The position numbers and the translations under genes are program-made. A stretch of DNA of 64,000 bases from Planctomycetota bacterium. GTDB taxonomy: Bacteria; Planctomycetota; Planctomycetia; Gemmatales; Gemmataceae. The DNA is taken from the NCBI GenBank assembly GCA_041180805.1, contig JBEGQX010000365.1:28359-92358 (forward strand). The letters run 5' to 3'. This document shows positions 37,960 through 47,504 of this stretch, in pieces; position 1 is the stretch's first letter, and the number at the start of each line of letters is the position of its first letter. The notes beneath the pieces are model-generated. The model worked only from the letters and a program-made list of their open reading frames with translations. It ran no database searches and was not told the origin of the DNA.

Positions 37960-39504
37960 ATGTCACTTAGCAACAAACCACGACTGGTAAAGCCTGAAGA
38001 TTCCGCAACGGGAAAAGACCTTGTGGAACTTGTAAATCACCTGGGTACCCCCAGTATTTTGGTACTTGGCGACCTGATGCTTGATCGTTACATCTGGGGT
38101 GATGCCGAACGCATCAGCCAGGAAGCCCCAGTGATTCTTCTTTGCGCCCAAAAGCGCGAAGAGCGCCTGGGTGGGGCAAGCAGCGTCGCGATGATGCTTT
38201 CAGCGCTTGGCGCCAGAGTACACATTGCCGGCGTGGTGGGTAAAGATGCGGATGCGGAGCGGGTTCGTGGAATGCTGCTGGACAATGGTATCAACTCAGA
38301 ATTGGTACTTACCGACACCGAAAGACCAACCACGGTGAAAGAGCGTTACATTGGCAAAGCACAGCACAAGCACCCCCAGCAGATGATTCGTGTGGATTAC
38401 GAAGTGCGCAACCATCTGAGCAAACCCATTCAAGAAAAACTCTCCGGAATGATTCTGCAACGATTGCACGAATACGACATTGTGCTTGTCAGCGATTATG
38501 ACAAAGGCGTATGCACCCCAGGCCTGCTTTCCGATTTGATCAATGCCTGCAAGGCGAAAAACAAACGAATTGTCGCAGACCCCATCCGTGGATCAGACTA
38601 CCGGAAATACCACGGCATTTCCGCCATGACCCCCAACAGATTGGAAGCAAGCCTGGCTTCGGGAAGAAACATCAACACCAACCAGGAAGCGCTTCAAGCT
38701 GCCACCATCCTTAGGGAACGGCTTGATATGGAAGCAGGCATCATCACGTTAGACAAAGAAGGCATGGCCCTGGCGCATCAGGATGGCACACTGGAAATTT
38801 TCCCAACCAGGGTTCGACAGGTGTACGACATCACTGGAGCGGGCGACATGGTGATGGCAGTACTAGGAATGGCTCTGGCTTCAGGCGCGGACTATTCCCA
38901 GGCAATCCGCCTTGCTAATATCGCGGGTGGCCTGGAGGTTGAAAAAATCGGCGTGGTTCCTGTGACTCGCCAGGAAATCCTGGAAGATCTCGCCAAATCA
39001 GGCTTTGCCTCGAAAGCTGAAACCTCAACAGGCATGGAGAAACTTCGATCCAGGGATGCCTTGGTAACCGAAGTTGAACACCGAAGAAAGCTTGGACAGA
39101 AAATTGTATTTACCAATGGTTGCTTTGATGTTCTGCACGCAGGGCATGTCCAATATCTTCGCGAGGCCCGGGCCCAAGGTGACCTTCTGATTATTGGTTT
39201 GAACAGTGATGATAGTGTCAGGTCCCTTAAGGGCCCAAAACGTCCAATAAATCGTGAAGATGCAAGAATAACCGTGCTTTCAGGTCTTGAGGCCGTTGAT
39301 TTTGTAACCATCTTTGGGGAAAGCACCCCACTGGATCTGATCAAATCCATAAAGCCTGATGTGCTTGTAAAGGGTGCTGATTATCACAAAGACACGGTGG
39401 TCGGTGGATCTTTTGTGGAAAGCTACGGCGGACGAGTCCATCTTGCAAACCTGAAGCAGGGCTACTCCACCACCACTATCCTTGAAAGACTTGGTGCCGC
39501 ATAA
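37960..39504 (+). CDS. hldE: Bifunctional D-beta-D-heptose 7-phosphate kinase / D-beta-D-heptose 1-phosphate adenylyltransferase
   Basis: N-terminal ribokinase-like domain (DITGAGD) and C-terminal cytidylyltransferase domain (FTNGCFDVLHAGHVQYL). 514 aa. Confidence 0.9.
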   Translation: MSLSNKPRLVKPEDSATGKDLVELVNHLGTPSILVLGDLMLDRYIWGDAERISQEAPVILLCAQKREERLGGASSVAMMLSALGARVHIAGVVGKDADAERVRGMLLDNGINSELVLTDTERPTTVKERYIGKAQHKHPQQMIRVDYEVRNHLSKPIQEKLSGMILQRLHEYDIVLVSDYDKGVCTPGLLSDLINACKAKNKRIVADPIRGSDYRKYHGISAMTPNRLEASLASGRNINTNQEALQAATILRERLDMEAGIITLDKEGMALAHQDGTLEIFPTRVRQVYDITGAGDMVMAVLGMALASGADYSQAIRLANIAGGLEVEKIGVVPVTRQEILEDLAKSGFASKAETSTGMEKLRSRDALVTEVEHRRKLGQKIVFTNGCFDVLHAGHVQYLREARAQGDLLIIGLNSDDSVRSLKGPKRPINREDARITVLSGLEAVDFVTIFGESTPLDLIKSIKPDVLVKGADYHKDTVVGGSFVESYGGRVHLANLKQGYSTTTILERLGAA

Positions 39505-39538
39505 TGGCCTTACATTTCCCAACCTTGGAGACAGCAGT

Positions 39539-40606
39539 ATGAAAATTGCTGTTTTTCTACCTGGCTGGATAGGCGATGCAGTGATGGCCACCCCTGCCAT
39601 TCGCGCTTTGCATGACCAACTTCAACCGGAAAAAATGATAGCTGTTTCCAAGGCTTATGTCGCGCCCATTCTGAATGGAAACCCCTGGTTCGATGAAACC
39701 ATACTGACGGGTGGCAAAAAAGGATTAAGCACGTGGCATTCTGCCATGGCCCTGAGAAAACATTCCATTGATCTTGCTGTGGTTTTTCCCAACTCTTTCA
39801 GGTCTGCTTTGATTGCTTGGCTTGGCAACTGCAAGAGGGTGATAGGATACAATCGGTACTTCAGGGGATTTTTCCTTTCTGATTCTTTGCCACCCATCAA
39901 GGATGGCAAAGGTAAACTTCTACCAACCCCTATCATTGACGCCTACAATCTTCTCGCAACAACGGCAGGTTGCAGCCAACCCAATCACAAAATGGAGCTG
40001 TTTGTTTCCGATGCGGAAGATCAACTGGCGAAACAAGTATGGAATAACACAGGTTTTCAGGAACTTTCTGAAGTGATTTGCCTGAACCCCGGTGCCGCTT
40101 TTGGAGCCAGCAAGCTTTGGCCTGCAGAACATTTTGCAAGCCTCGCCCGTGATTTGGTTCGCCTTCGCGGAGCAGGAATTCTTTTGCTTTGTGGTCCCAA
40201 AGAAAGTGAACTAGCCCTTCGAATCACCCAACTGGCTTCGCATCCTTTGGTAAGGTGTCTGGCCGAAGCAGGTATGCCATCACTTTCCCTGGGACTTACA
40301 AAAGCCTGCGTAAAACGATCAAGCCTATTGGTAACCACCGACAGTGGCCCAAGGCACTTTGCTGCTGCATTTAATCGACCGGTAGTATCGCTCTTTGGGC
40401 CCACACATATCGAGTGGACGGACACTTTTCATCCGTTGGAAATTCAACTTCAAAAGAAGCTACCTTGTGGCCCATGCCAGAAAAGAGCCTGCCCCATAGA
40501 CCACCGTTGCATGAAAGAACTTGAGCCCCAAGAAGTGCTTGCGGCTTCCATGAAATTACTGGATTCCCAACTACCTTCCCTGCGTATGGCAAGGAATGCA
40601 TCCTAA
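39539..40606 (+). CDS. Glycosyltransferase family 9 (LPS heptosyltransferase)
   Basis: ATG at 39539 follows GGAG. N-terminus MKIAVFLPGWIGDAVMATPAIRAL is typical of GT9. C-terminal TTDSGPRHFAAAFNRPVVSLFGPT. Confidence 0.8.
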   Translation: MKIAVFLPGWIGDAVMATPAIRALHDQLQPEKMIAVSKAYVAPILNGNPWFDETILTGGKKGLSTWHSAMALRKHSIDLAVVFPNSFRSALIAWLGNCKRVIGYNRYFRGFFLSDSLPPIKDGKGKLLPTPIIDAYNLLATTAGCSQPNHKMELFVSDAEDQLAKQVWNNTGFQELSEVICLNPGAAFGASKLWPAEHFASLARDLVRLRGAGILLLCGPKESELALRITQLASHPLVRCLAEAGMPSLSLGLTKACVKRSSLLVTTDSGPRHFAAAFNRPVVSLFGPTHIEWTDTFHPLEIQLQKKLPCGPCQKRACPIDHRCMKELEPQEVLAASMKLLDSQLPSLRMARNAS

Positions 40607-40625
40607 AAGATAGGAAGATCGAAGC

Positions 40626-43268
40626 TTGTTGGATGGATTTTTAAGACTTATTGGAGCCATTTTTTACCCCATCCTTTGGGCTTTGGATTGGGTTTCGGCG
40701 ACCTTTTTCTCGTCTCGCTCCGACTATTTGCTGGTAAGGTCTTCCAAAAGAAAAATATTCCTCGGCAACAACTACCACAACGCGGAAAGCATCTTTCATG
40801 TGGAAGGACTCCGGGTTACCGGCCATGGCTGGAAAAAGAAAAGGCATGTCTGCAAATTGGAATTTCAGGAACCGCCTGGCTCAACCCATGCCTATATGAA
40901 AAAAGAATATGCGGGCAGAGGCTGGCTTGCGCACCTGAAACCCAAACGCCTTATGCTTCATGAAGCCAGGGTCCTGGGCACACTTGAGAGGGAGGGAATA
41001 CCCGCCCCAAAATGGATTGCGGTTGGAAACACCTTCAAGGGGGATGCGTTTCTCATCACCGAGGAAATCCCCGATACGGTGACACTAAAAACCTATCTTG
41101 CTGAAAACCACAGTCGGTCTCAGAAAAAGGAAGTTTTAAGAGCACTGGCATGCTCTTTGGCTAGGATGCACACCCTGGGGTTTTGTCATCCGGATCTTTA
41201 TTCCAAGCATGTTTTGGTGAACCCTGAAAGCAGAAAAGTTTTCATTCTTGATTGGCAACGGTCCGTGAGAATTCAGGATTTGCCCTGGGTTGTGCGCTGC
41301 GAAAACCTTGCGAGACTTCATGCAACCATTGAGGAAACCAGCCTTTCCAACTTGGAAAGACTGGCATTTCTTTCATGTTACCTTGAGGCAACAAGCCAAT
41401 ACTGCTCTTTCAATAACAGCATCCCCTTGATGGGTGTCATGGCTTTAACCATCGAAAAGGAATGCCAGCGACTTTTAAAAAAGCGACATATCCGCGAAAA
41501 AAGATACTCCTCCAGCAGTACCACTCAGGCACAAAACTGGATTTACCAGGACAGGGATCATTTTGTCATCACATCATCCTGGGACAGCCAGGACAAAATT
41601 ATCCTTGATGAACTTACTAAAACTTTTGAAGCGAATGAAAAAAAGCGCCAAGTCATTCGGAAACACCAAATCGCCAGCAACAGCATCCTCAGGGCTGAGT
41701 TTCTACGATTCTCAAACCCAACAGGAATTCTCACCAAGTTGCTGGGGCGTAAAACCTTTCAATCCCCAATGCATTGGAATGCCACCACCCTTTATAAATT
41801 GCAGCGGCATGGAGTACAGACAGGGAAAATTCTTGCCCTAGGGTCCAGGAAGACCAACGGGTTCAACCATGGTTGCTTTTTGCTTACCAGAGAACCTCTT
41901 AGCTCAGTATCACTGGAAGAATGGCTTCAGGAAAGCATTCGCAAAAATTCACACGATGAATCACGCAAGTATCTTCTGGAAGCTGTTGGAAAACTACTTT
42001 CCAGAATTCACAAGGCAGGATTCGTGATACGCGATGGTTTTGATCCTGAAATAAGGCTAAATCTGCAAATGAATCTTGCCCCATATCTCGCATCGGCAAA
42101 CGCCCTGCAGGATGCATCAGGCATAGACCCTGAAAAGGCCATGCATGACAAAAAAGCCTGCAGGAAATGGTTGCGCAAGATGGGCACCTCGAATGACGAA
42201 ATCTTATTTTTCTTGAAAGGCTATTCTGGAAAAGCGGGTTTCCATGGCTACTCATTCAGTCAGCCAAATGTGGCACAATCCCAAGCCCAATCTATTCATA
42301 ACTCGCCAACCAATTCCACCTCCGCAACCGTGGTGACTTCCGTGGAAAATACAACGCAATGGACCGAACCAGTTTCCGCGGGCAATGAAATCACCACCAC
42401 AAAATCCGGCAACAGAAATATCAAGCATTTCGCCTTACAAGATTGGAAAGTTTATTTTGGAGATGAATGGTACAACTCCATCATGGATGTGGGTGTTACA
42501 GATCGTTTTCATTCCAAGCAGGGTCGTTCGGTTGGAAGATTGATTTTCGAGGCGGGAGATGGAAAGCCCGACCTACGGGTTTACTTAAAACGGCATTACG
42601 ATCTACCTGCAATGGATGGTCTTATGGGCAGGTTGTTTCCTAATGTTGCCTGGTCACCGGCTTTGCAGGAATACCAGCATTTGGAATGGGCCAGACAGTT
42701 GGGAATAAAGGTGCCTGAACCGGTGGCGGTATTGGAAATACAAGGACCGGGAAACAAGCTTCAAAGCGCACTTGCCATACGAGAATTAGAGGGGATGCTG
42801 GCGCTTCATGAAGCAATACCCCTGGCAGAAAAACGGTTGGACAAAATCACCTTCCGAAAATGGAAGAAATCCTTGATCGCAGAAATGGCAAGAATGTCCA
42901 GAATTCTGCATGACAGGCATTGGTTCCACAAGGATTTATACCTGTGTCATTTTTATATTCCCGAGAAATACACCTTTGAAATTCCCAATTGGCGAAATCA
43001 GGTATGGATGATTGATTTGCACCGACTGGGTCACCACCCATGGACTTCCAAAATCTGGCGCATCAAGGATCTTGCCCAGCTTGTTTATTCTTCCGAGATT
43101 TCGGGGGTGGATAATAAAGATCGCATAACATTCTGGCGCTTTTATAGAGAGTTGGGTCCAAAATCCCGTTTGGATACGCTTATGCTTTGGGTCATACGTT
43201 TTAAATGGCAAAGATACAGATCCCATAACCTTAAAAAGAAAGGGAATCAGACTTCAAACCCCGGGTAA
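40626..43268 (+). CDS. Multi-domain lipopolysaccharide kinase (Kdo/WaaP/InaA family) protein
   Basis: 880 aa. The N-domain has HPDLYSKHVLV and ILDWQRS. The C-domain has HKDLYLCHFYI and MIDLHR, the classic InaA/WaaP catalytic and Mg loops. The middle ~200 aa look like a degenerate third copy (RIHKAGFVIRDGFDPE). Confidence 0.7.
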   Translation: MLDGFLRLIGAIFYPILWALDWVSATFFSSRSDYLLVRSSKRKIFLGNNYHNAESIFHVEGLRVTGHGWKKKRHVCKLEFQEPPGSTHAYMKKEYAGRGWLAHLKPKRLMLHEARVLGTLEREGIPAPKWIAVGNTFKGDAFLITEEIPDTVTLKTYLAENHSRSQKKEVLRALACSLARMHTLGFCHPDLYSKHVLVNPESRKVFILDWQRSVRIQDLPWVVRCENLARLHATIEETSLSNLERLAFLSCYLEATSQYCSFNNSIPLMGVMALTIEKECQRLLKKRHIREKRYSSSSTTQAQNWIYQDRDHFVITSSWDSQDKIILDELTKTFEANEKKRQVIRKHQIASNSILRAEFLRFSNPTGILTKLLGRKTFQSPMHWNATTLYKLQRHGVQTGKILALGSRKTNGFNHGCFLLTREPLSSVSLEEWLQESIRKNSHDESRKYLLEAVGKLLSRIHKAGFVIRDGFDPEIRLNLQMNLAPYLASANALQDASGIDPEKAMHDKKACRKWLRKMGTSNDEILFFLKGYSGKAGFHGYSFSQPNVAQSQAQSIHNSPTNSTSATVVTSVENTTQWTEPVSAGNEITTTKSGNRNIKHFALQDWKVYFGDEWYNSIMDVGVTDRFHSKQGRSVGRLIFEAGDGKPDLRVYLKRHYDLPAMDGLMGRLFPNVAWSPALQEYQHLEWARQLGIKVPEPVAVLEIQGPGNKLQSALAIRELEGMLALHEAIPLAEKRLDKITFRKWKKSLIAEMARMSRILHDRHWFHKDLYLCHFYIPEKYTFEIPNWRNQVWMIDLHRLGHHPWTSKIWRIKDLAQLVYSSEISGVDNKDRITFWRFYRELGPKSRLDTLMLWVIRFKWQRYRSHNLKKKGNQTSNPG

Positions 43269-43341
43269 ATAAAGGTTTTCACTCATCATGTCGATAAAAG
43301 ATAAGATGAGGAATTTTAAACGATTATTCGGGAAATGAACG

Positions 43342-44571
43342 ATGGCGGCTATGGACATTGCTTTCTGTTACGAAAGTGTTTTACCCAGACGCGGTGGTTG
43401 TGAAACCTATATTGCATCTCTCGCCAGAAGATTGGCGCTGGATGGTCATCAGGTTCACCTTTATGCCAGCAACTGGGATGCGAGCAGTTTGCCGGAAAGC
43501 ATGATTTATCATGAGGTGAAAATCCCATGGCGCCCCAGGTTTATGCGCCCCTGGGCATTTGGTTCCGCGGTTCTCAAGGCAATGAGGGGTAACAACCACG
43601 ATGCCAGCATTGGTTTTGATAAAACCTGGGGCTTGGATGTACTATACCCACAAGGTGGATTATTTGCCGCAACAGCGGATCATAACCTCTTAAAATACGA
43701 GAACCCCGGTACACAAAAATTAGTTCGCTTTATCAAACGATTTGACCTATCCCAGCAATCTTTCCTGATGCTTGAGAAATTGCAATATCTTGGAATGAAA
43801 AAATCCATCGTCATTGGCATCAGCGAAATGGTTCGAAACCATTTCCAAAAATACTACGAGATTTCATCCGAGGATCTTCGCCTCGTTCGAATAGCCATGG
43901 ATCCCAACAGATTTCAGGAAACAGACCGACCAAGGCGCAGAATCGAATGGCGGCAACAATGGAACATCGAACCCACCGATTGTCTGGCTTTGTTTGTTGG
44001 CATGAATTATCGCCTGAAGGGTATTGAACCTTTGCTGAAATCGCTACGCCTGCTTCCCACAGACAGCCCCGTTAAGGTAATGATTGTGGGAAACAAGAAT
44101 TACAAGCAATTCGAAACCATGGCAAAAAACCTTGGCGTGGAAGAAAGGGTTCGATTTGTTGGCTATTGCAATGAAATGCGAAACTGCTATTTCGCTGCAG
44201 ATTTTCTTGTTCACCCGACCTTTTATGACCCCTGCTCAAATGTGGTTCCGGAAGCCATGGGATGCGGTTTACCAGTTATCACCACCCGCTACAATGGAGC
44301 TTCGGAATTCATCACTGTCAACAAGGAAGGCATTGTGATCGACGACCCACATGATCACGAAAAACTTGCCTGGAGCATGGGCCAATATACCGATCCTGCC
44401 AAAAGACTCTCAGCGGCACAGGCGGCCAGAAAAACCGCATCCCAGTGGACTTTTGAGCATCATTACAAGCAAATGGTTGCCATCTTCCAAGAAGCAGCAT
44501 CCAGAAAAAACCAGACGGATGGCACCAATCAATTTGCAGGAAAAGCAAGCACCTGGATGCAATCGCACTGA
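43342..44571 (+). CDS. Glycosyltransferase family 4 (GT-B, group 1)
   Basis: N-terminal GG.E motif (PRRGGCETY) and C-terminal E-x7-E region (DPCSNVVPEAMGCGLPVITT). Confidence 0.8.
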   Translation: MAAMDIAFCYESVLPRRGGCETYIASLARRLALDGHQVHLYASNWDASSLPESMIYHEVKIPWRPRFMRPWAFGSAVLKAMRGNNHDASIGFDKTWGLDVLYPQGGLFAATADHNLLKYENPGTQKLVRFIKRFDLSQQSFLMLEKLQYLGMKKSIVIGISEMVRNHFQKYYEISSEDLRLVRIAMDPNRFQETDRPRRRIEWRQQWNIEPTDCLALFVGMNYRLKGIEPLLKSLRLLPTDSPVKVMIVGNKNYKQFETMAKNLGVEERVRFVGYCNEMRNCYFAADFLVHPTFYDPCSNVVPEAMGCGLPVITTRYNGASEFITVNKEGIVIDDPHDHEKLAWSMGQYTDPAKRLSAAQAARKTASQWTFEHHYKQMVAIFQEAASRKNQTDGTNQFAGKASTWMQSH

Positions 44572-45416
44572 CCAGTCAGGCTTGTATATCTGCTAGCCAT
44601 ACTCGATCCAAAACGGGTTGAAAGAATTTTATGCAGGATGTTGGGCCTGCCACTTCTGGCAACTTCAGCGGATGAATTCCTAAGCCAGCCTGCATGCCGG
44701 ATAAACCTGACTCCATCAGTCGTAAAGCCAGCCTTTTGAAGCAAACCGCAAAGGGTATCTGGCGTGAAAAATGTAAGGTGCCGGGGAAAATCTATTCCTG
44801 TCCAATGCTCCCCGAAAACCCTGTATGCGAAACTTTTTAAATTGGGAACAGAAACGCTAAGCATTCCATCGGCCTTTAACAGGTTTCTGGCAGCCTTCAA
44901 GGCACCCAAAGGATCATGCAGATGCTCCAATACCTGGCGCATGGTAATTACATCAAACTTACGGCCTACAATCGCAGAATGTTCAAACCCACCTTGGTAA
45001 GCTTCAATACCCAGGGATTTTGTCGTTTCAACGGCATGCGATGAAAAATCAACACCCGTTACATTCCAGCCCAGGTTTCTCATCTTGGAAAGGAAAGCAC
45101 CACTTCCGCATCCAAAATCCAGCATGGTGGCATCAGGGCGAGCAGGTTTAATCGAAAATTCTTTGCTGGTAGCTTTGGTGGATTTGGATTCATCATGGGA
45201 ATGGTAGGGGTCATATCCCTGCGGATAAAAGGCTCCAATTGTTTCCACGGTTGGCCTTGGCCCGAGGTAGCATAAACCACAGTCCTTGCATTGAAGCACT
45301 GCAGCGTTTTCCACACCATGCACTTTCCCTTGGGAACCAAGGGATAAAAAAATATTGCCCTGGCTACTTCCACAACCAGGGCAATGATTGGATTCCCAAT
45401 GTACTTTTTGATCCAC
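44529..45416 (-). CDS. Class I SAM-dependent methyltransferase with N-terminal zinc ribbon
   Basis: CPGCGS...CKDCGLC zinc ribbon and SAM motif I MLDFGCGSGAFL. Its 3' end overlaps the convergent GT4 gene by 43 nt. Confidence 0.7.
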   Translation of the reverse strand: MDQKVHWESNHCPGCGSSQGNIFLSLGSQGKVHGVENAAVLQCKDCGLCYLGPRPTVETIGAFYPQGYDPYHSHDESKSTKATSKEFSIKPARPDATMLDFGCGSGAFLSKMRNLGWNVTGVDFSSHAVETTKSLGIEAYQGGFEHSAIVGRKFDVITMRQVLEHLHDPLGALKAARNLLKADGMLSVSVPNLKSFAYRVFGEHWTGIDFPRHLTFFTPDTLCGLLQKAGFTTDGVRFIRHAGWLRNSSAEVARSGRPNILHKILSTRFGSSMASRYTSLTGQCDCIQVLAFPAN

Positions 45417-45449
45417 GTGTCATCCTAACACTAAGAGGAAAATATATGA

Positions 45450-46022
45450 TTAAGAGTTGGAACGACTGAGATATTCCCCAGTTCTGGTATCCACAGCCAC
45501 CATTTCACCAATTCCAATAAAAGGTGGAACCGTGATCTTAAGACCAGTTTCAGTGGTTGCTGGCTTGTATTGAGCTGCTGCGGTGGCCCCCTTGAGAGCA
45601 GGTTCGGTTTCCACAACTTTTAAATGCACCGTGGGTGGCAATTCAAGGGATATTGGTTTGCTTTCATAAAAGGTGACATGCGCCTTGTCGTTTTCCTTAA
45701 GGTAAAGGATCTGGTCACCAACCCAATCTTTATGCAGTGGGGTCTGCTCAAAGCTTTCCTGATCCATGAACACAAAGTCATCACCGTCACGGTAAAGGTA
45801 CTGCATCTCTCTTTTGTCGAGGTAAGCCTGTTCAACTTTGTCCTGAGGACGAACCCGGTTCAAGGTAATGGAACCGGTGTTAAGGTTTTTTAGCTTGAGG
45901 TTCAGGATGGCTCGCCAGTTGCCAGGGGTATTCAGATCCCTGTCTACCACGTAAAAGAGCTGATTACCTTCACCAACAATAACCATTCCTTTGCGGACCT
46001 GGCTGTATTCAATGGATGCCAC
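45450..46022 (-). CDS. efp: Elongation factor P (non-canonical loop residue)
   Basis: A GTG at 46022 is preceded by GGAGG and gives a 190-aa product that aligns over its full length with E. coli EF-P (KLKNLNTG, GDDFVFMDQESFEQ, VVETEPALKG, VDTRTGEYLSR). The track ORF extends 21 codons further upstream. Confidence 0.85.
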   Translation of the reverse strand: MASIEYSQVRKGMVIVGEGNQLFYVVDRDLNTPGNWRAILNLKLKNLNTGSITLNRVRPQDKVEQAYLDKREMQYLYRDGDDFVFMDQESFEQTPLHKDWVGDQILYLKENDKAHVTFYESKPISLELPPTVHLKVVETEPALKGATAAAQYKPATTETGLKITVPPFIGIGEMVAVDTRTGEYLSRSNS

Positions 46023-46182
46023 GAGAACCTCCGGAAGAAAAACTGTTAAACAATACCTCATTAATCTATCACGAAGATATGCCATGGAGAAGGGGCAACA
46101 CAGTCAAAGAGCCACCAAATTATTTCGTTCACGACAGTTCAAAAACCCTTTAAAAACCAATCAAACCATATTCAAGAACAGA

Positions 46183-46216
46183 TAAAAACCCTCGCCAAAC
46201 TGATATGAGTGGCGGC
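46183..46216 (-). terminator. Candidate intrinsic terminator
   Basis: The minus strand reads CGCCA-CTCATATCAGTT-TGGCG followed by AGGGTTTTTAT. Lies 12 nt after the stop of the 46228-47145 gene. The stem is only 5-6 bp. Confidence 0.35.
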
Positions 46217-46227
46217 ATAATCCACTG

Positions 46228-47145
46228 TCACTTTTTCAATCTTTCAAACTCGTTTGATGAAATCCGGGTTGTGGCCAACTGGTTTTCCACCCCCGACAAG
46301 GCTTCAAAACGGATCACCTTTTGAAGTGGTTTAAAAAACTCCAGACGGGTGATTTCCCAGGTTTCCGCATCTATTTCACGATCCTCGATATTCCAGTTGG
46401 GCATCCAAACGATCAATTCCTGTTTGCCTTCAGGCACATTTTGGAGTTCAAAATTACCATCCTGATCACACCTTGCAATCCAAGGGTGTTGCATGGAAAA
46501 AAGATACGATCTCATCCAGAACTGACCCGATCCGCTGCTAAGAGCAACCATTCCAGGCTTTTCCAGTTTTCTTACATACTGCTTACCACGACTTGCAAGC
46601 GGGATACTGAAAAAAGAATCTCCCCTACCCCTTAACGAAAAAAAGAAATCCTGCATGTTTAGAATTTCAAACTGCCCGTCTGTTTTCACAAAACCAACCT
46701 GCGAATCAACTCCACCCTGGACAATGCCAAGTTGAAAGTTATTTGTAATTACCCTGACTGGTTCAAATTCAAAAGATTCCGCAACAGGACCATGTTTAAG
46801 GAAGACTACCGCGGAACCAACCCCCATGTTAATGGAATTGATTTTGGGAATATTAGGATTCATCCAATGGCGCTTGGGTTTATCCAGGTGCTCGGTAAGA
46901 GGACTAATCGGGGCAGAAAATCCTTCCACTTTGGGAATGTCCCCAGACCAGACAACCCTTCCCTTCACATTAGCTTTTAAAGCAACCATCGCCTTGGAAA
47001 CATTCAGGGGTTTGGCATTTGCGATTTCAATTTTTCGCGCCCAAACCATGGAAGCCGTGCCTGCTAATATCATTGCACCAACCGCCAGCAAAACCTTATG
47101 ATGATTTTTGCGAATTGTTCCAGCCTGATTGAAAGGTCTTGCCAT
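46228..47145 (-). CDS. Secreted hypothetical protein
   Basis: The ATG at 47145 gives MARPFNQAGTIRKNHHKVLLAVGAMILAGTASMVWA (signal peptide). The C-terminal GNFELQNVPEGKQELIVW resembles a carboxypeptidase-regulatory-like beta-sandwich. Confidence 0.5.
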   Translation of the reverse strand: MARPFNQAGTIRKNHHKVLLAVGAMILAGTASMVWARKIEIANAKPLNVSKAMVALKANVKGRVVWSGDIPKVEGFSAPISPLTEHLDKPKRHWMNPNIPKINSINMGVGSAVVFLKHGPVAESFEFEPVRVITNNFQLGIVQGGVDSQVGFVKTDGQFEILNMQDFFFSLRGRGDSFFSIPLASRGKQYVRKLEKPGMVALSSGSGQFWMRSYLFSMQHPWIARCDQDGNFELQNVPEGKQELIVWMPNWNIEDREIDAETWEITRLEFFKPLQKVIRFEALSGVENQLATTRISSNEFERLKK

Positions 47146-47503
47146 GGCTTCCTGCGCTACCAAGGGTTATCGAGTATTCAGCAGAGAAACAGCTCCAACC
47201 GTTCCATGCCCTTGCGGACAAAGCACCCGCATAGTATCTAGAACCGATGGATTGGCTTGTAATCTGCACGTGACATCCATCAAGGATTCCACCAAGCACT
47301 ATCATCGCCAATGTACAGAGGTTTACTATATTCTTGAGGGTCGGGGCAAGATGGAATTGAATGAAGATGTGATTGATGTTGAACCCGGAACCGTGGTTTA
47401 CATTGAGCCCCACACACGCCACAGGCTTTTCAGCGCTGAAGGGGTTCAAACCATGATCATTGGAATACCCGCCTGGGACCCCAACGACGAATTTTTTGAT
47501 TGA
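47144..47503 (+). CDS. Cupin domain protein
   Basis: Cupin motifs HYHRQCTEVYYILEGRG and EPHTRHRL. ATG at 47144 (the track ORF uses a TTG at 47129). Confidence 0.6.
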   Translation: MASCATKGYRVFSRETAPTVPCPCGQSTRIVSRTDGLACNLHVTSIKDSTKHYHRQCTEVYYILEGRGKMELNEDVIDVEPGTVVYIEPHTRHRLFSAEGVQTMIIGIPAWDPNDEFFD

Positions 47504-47504
47504 T

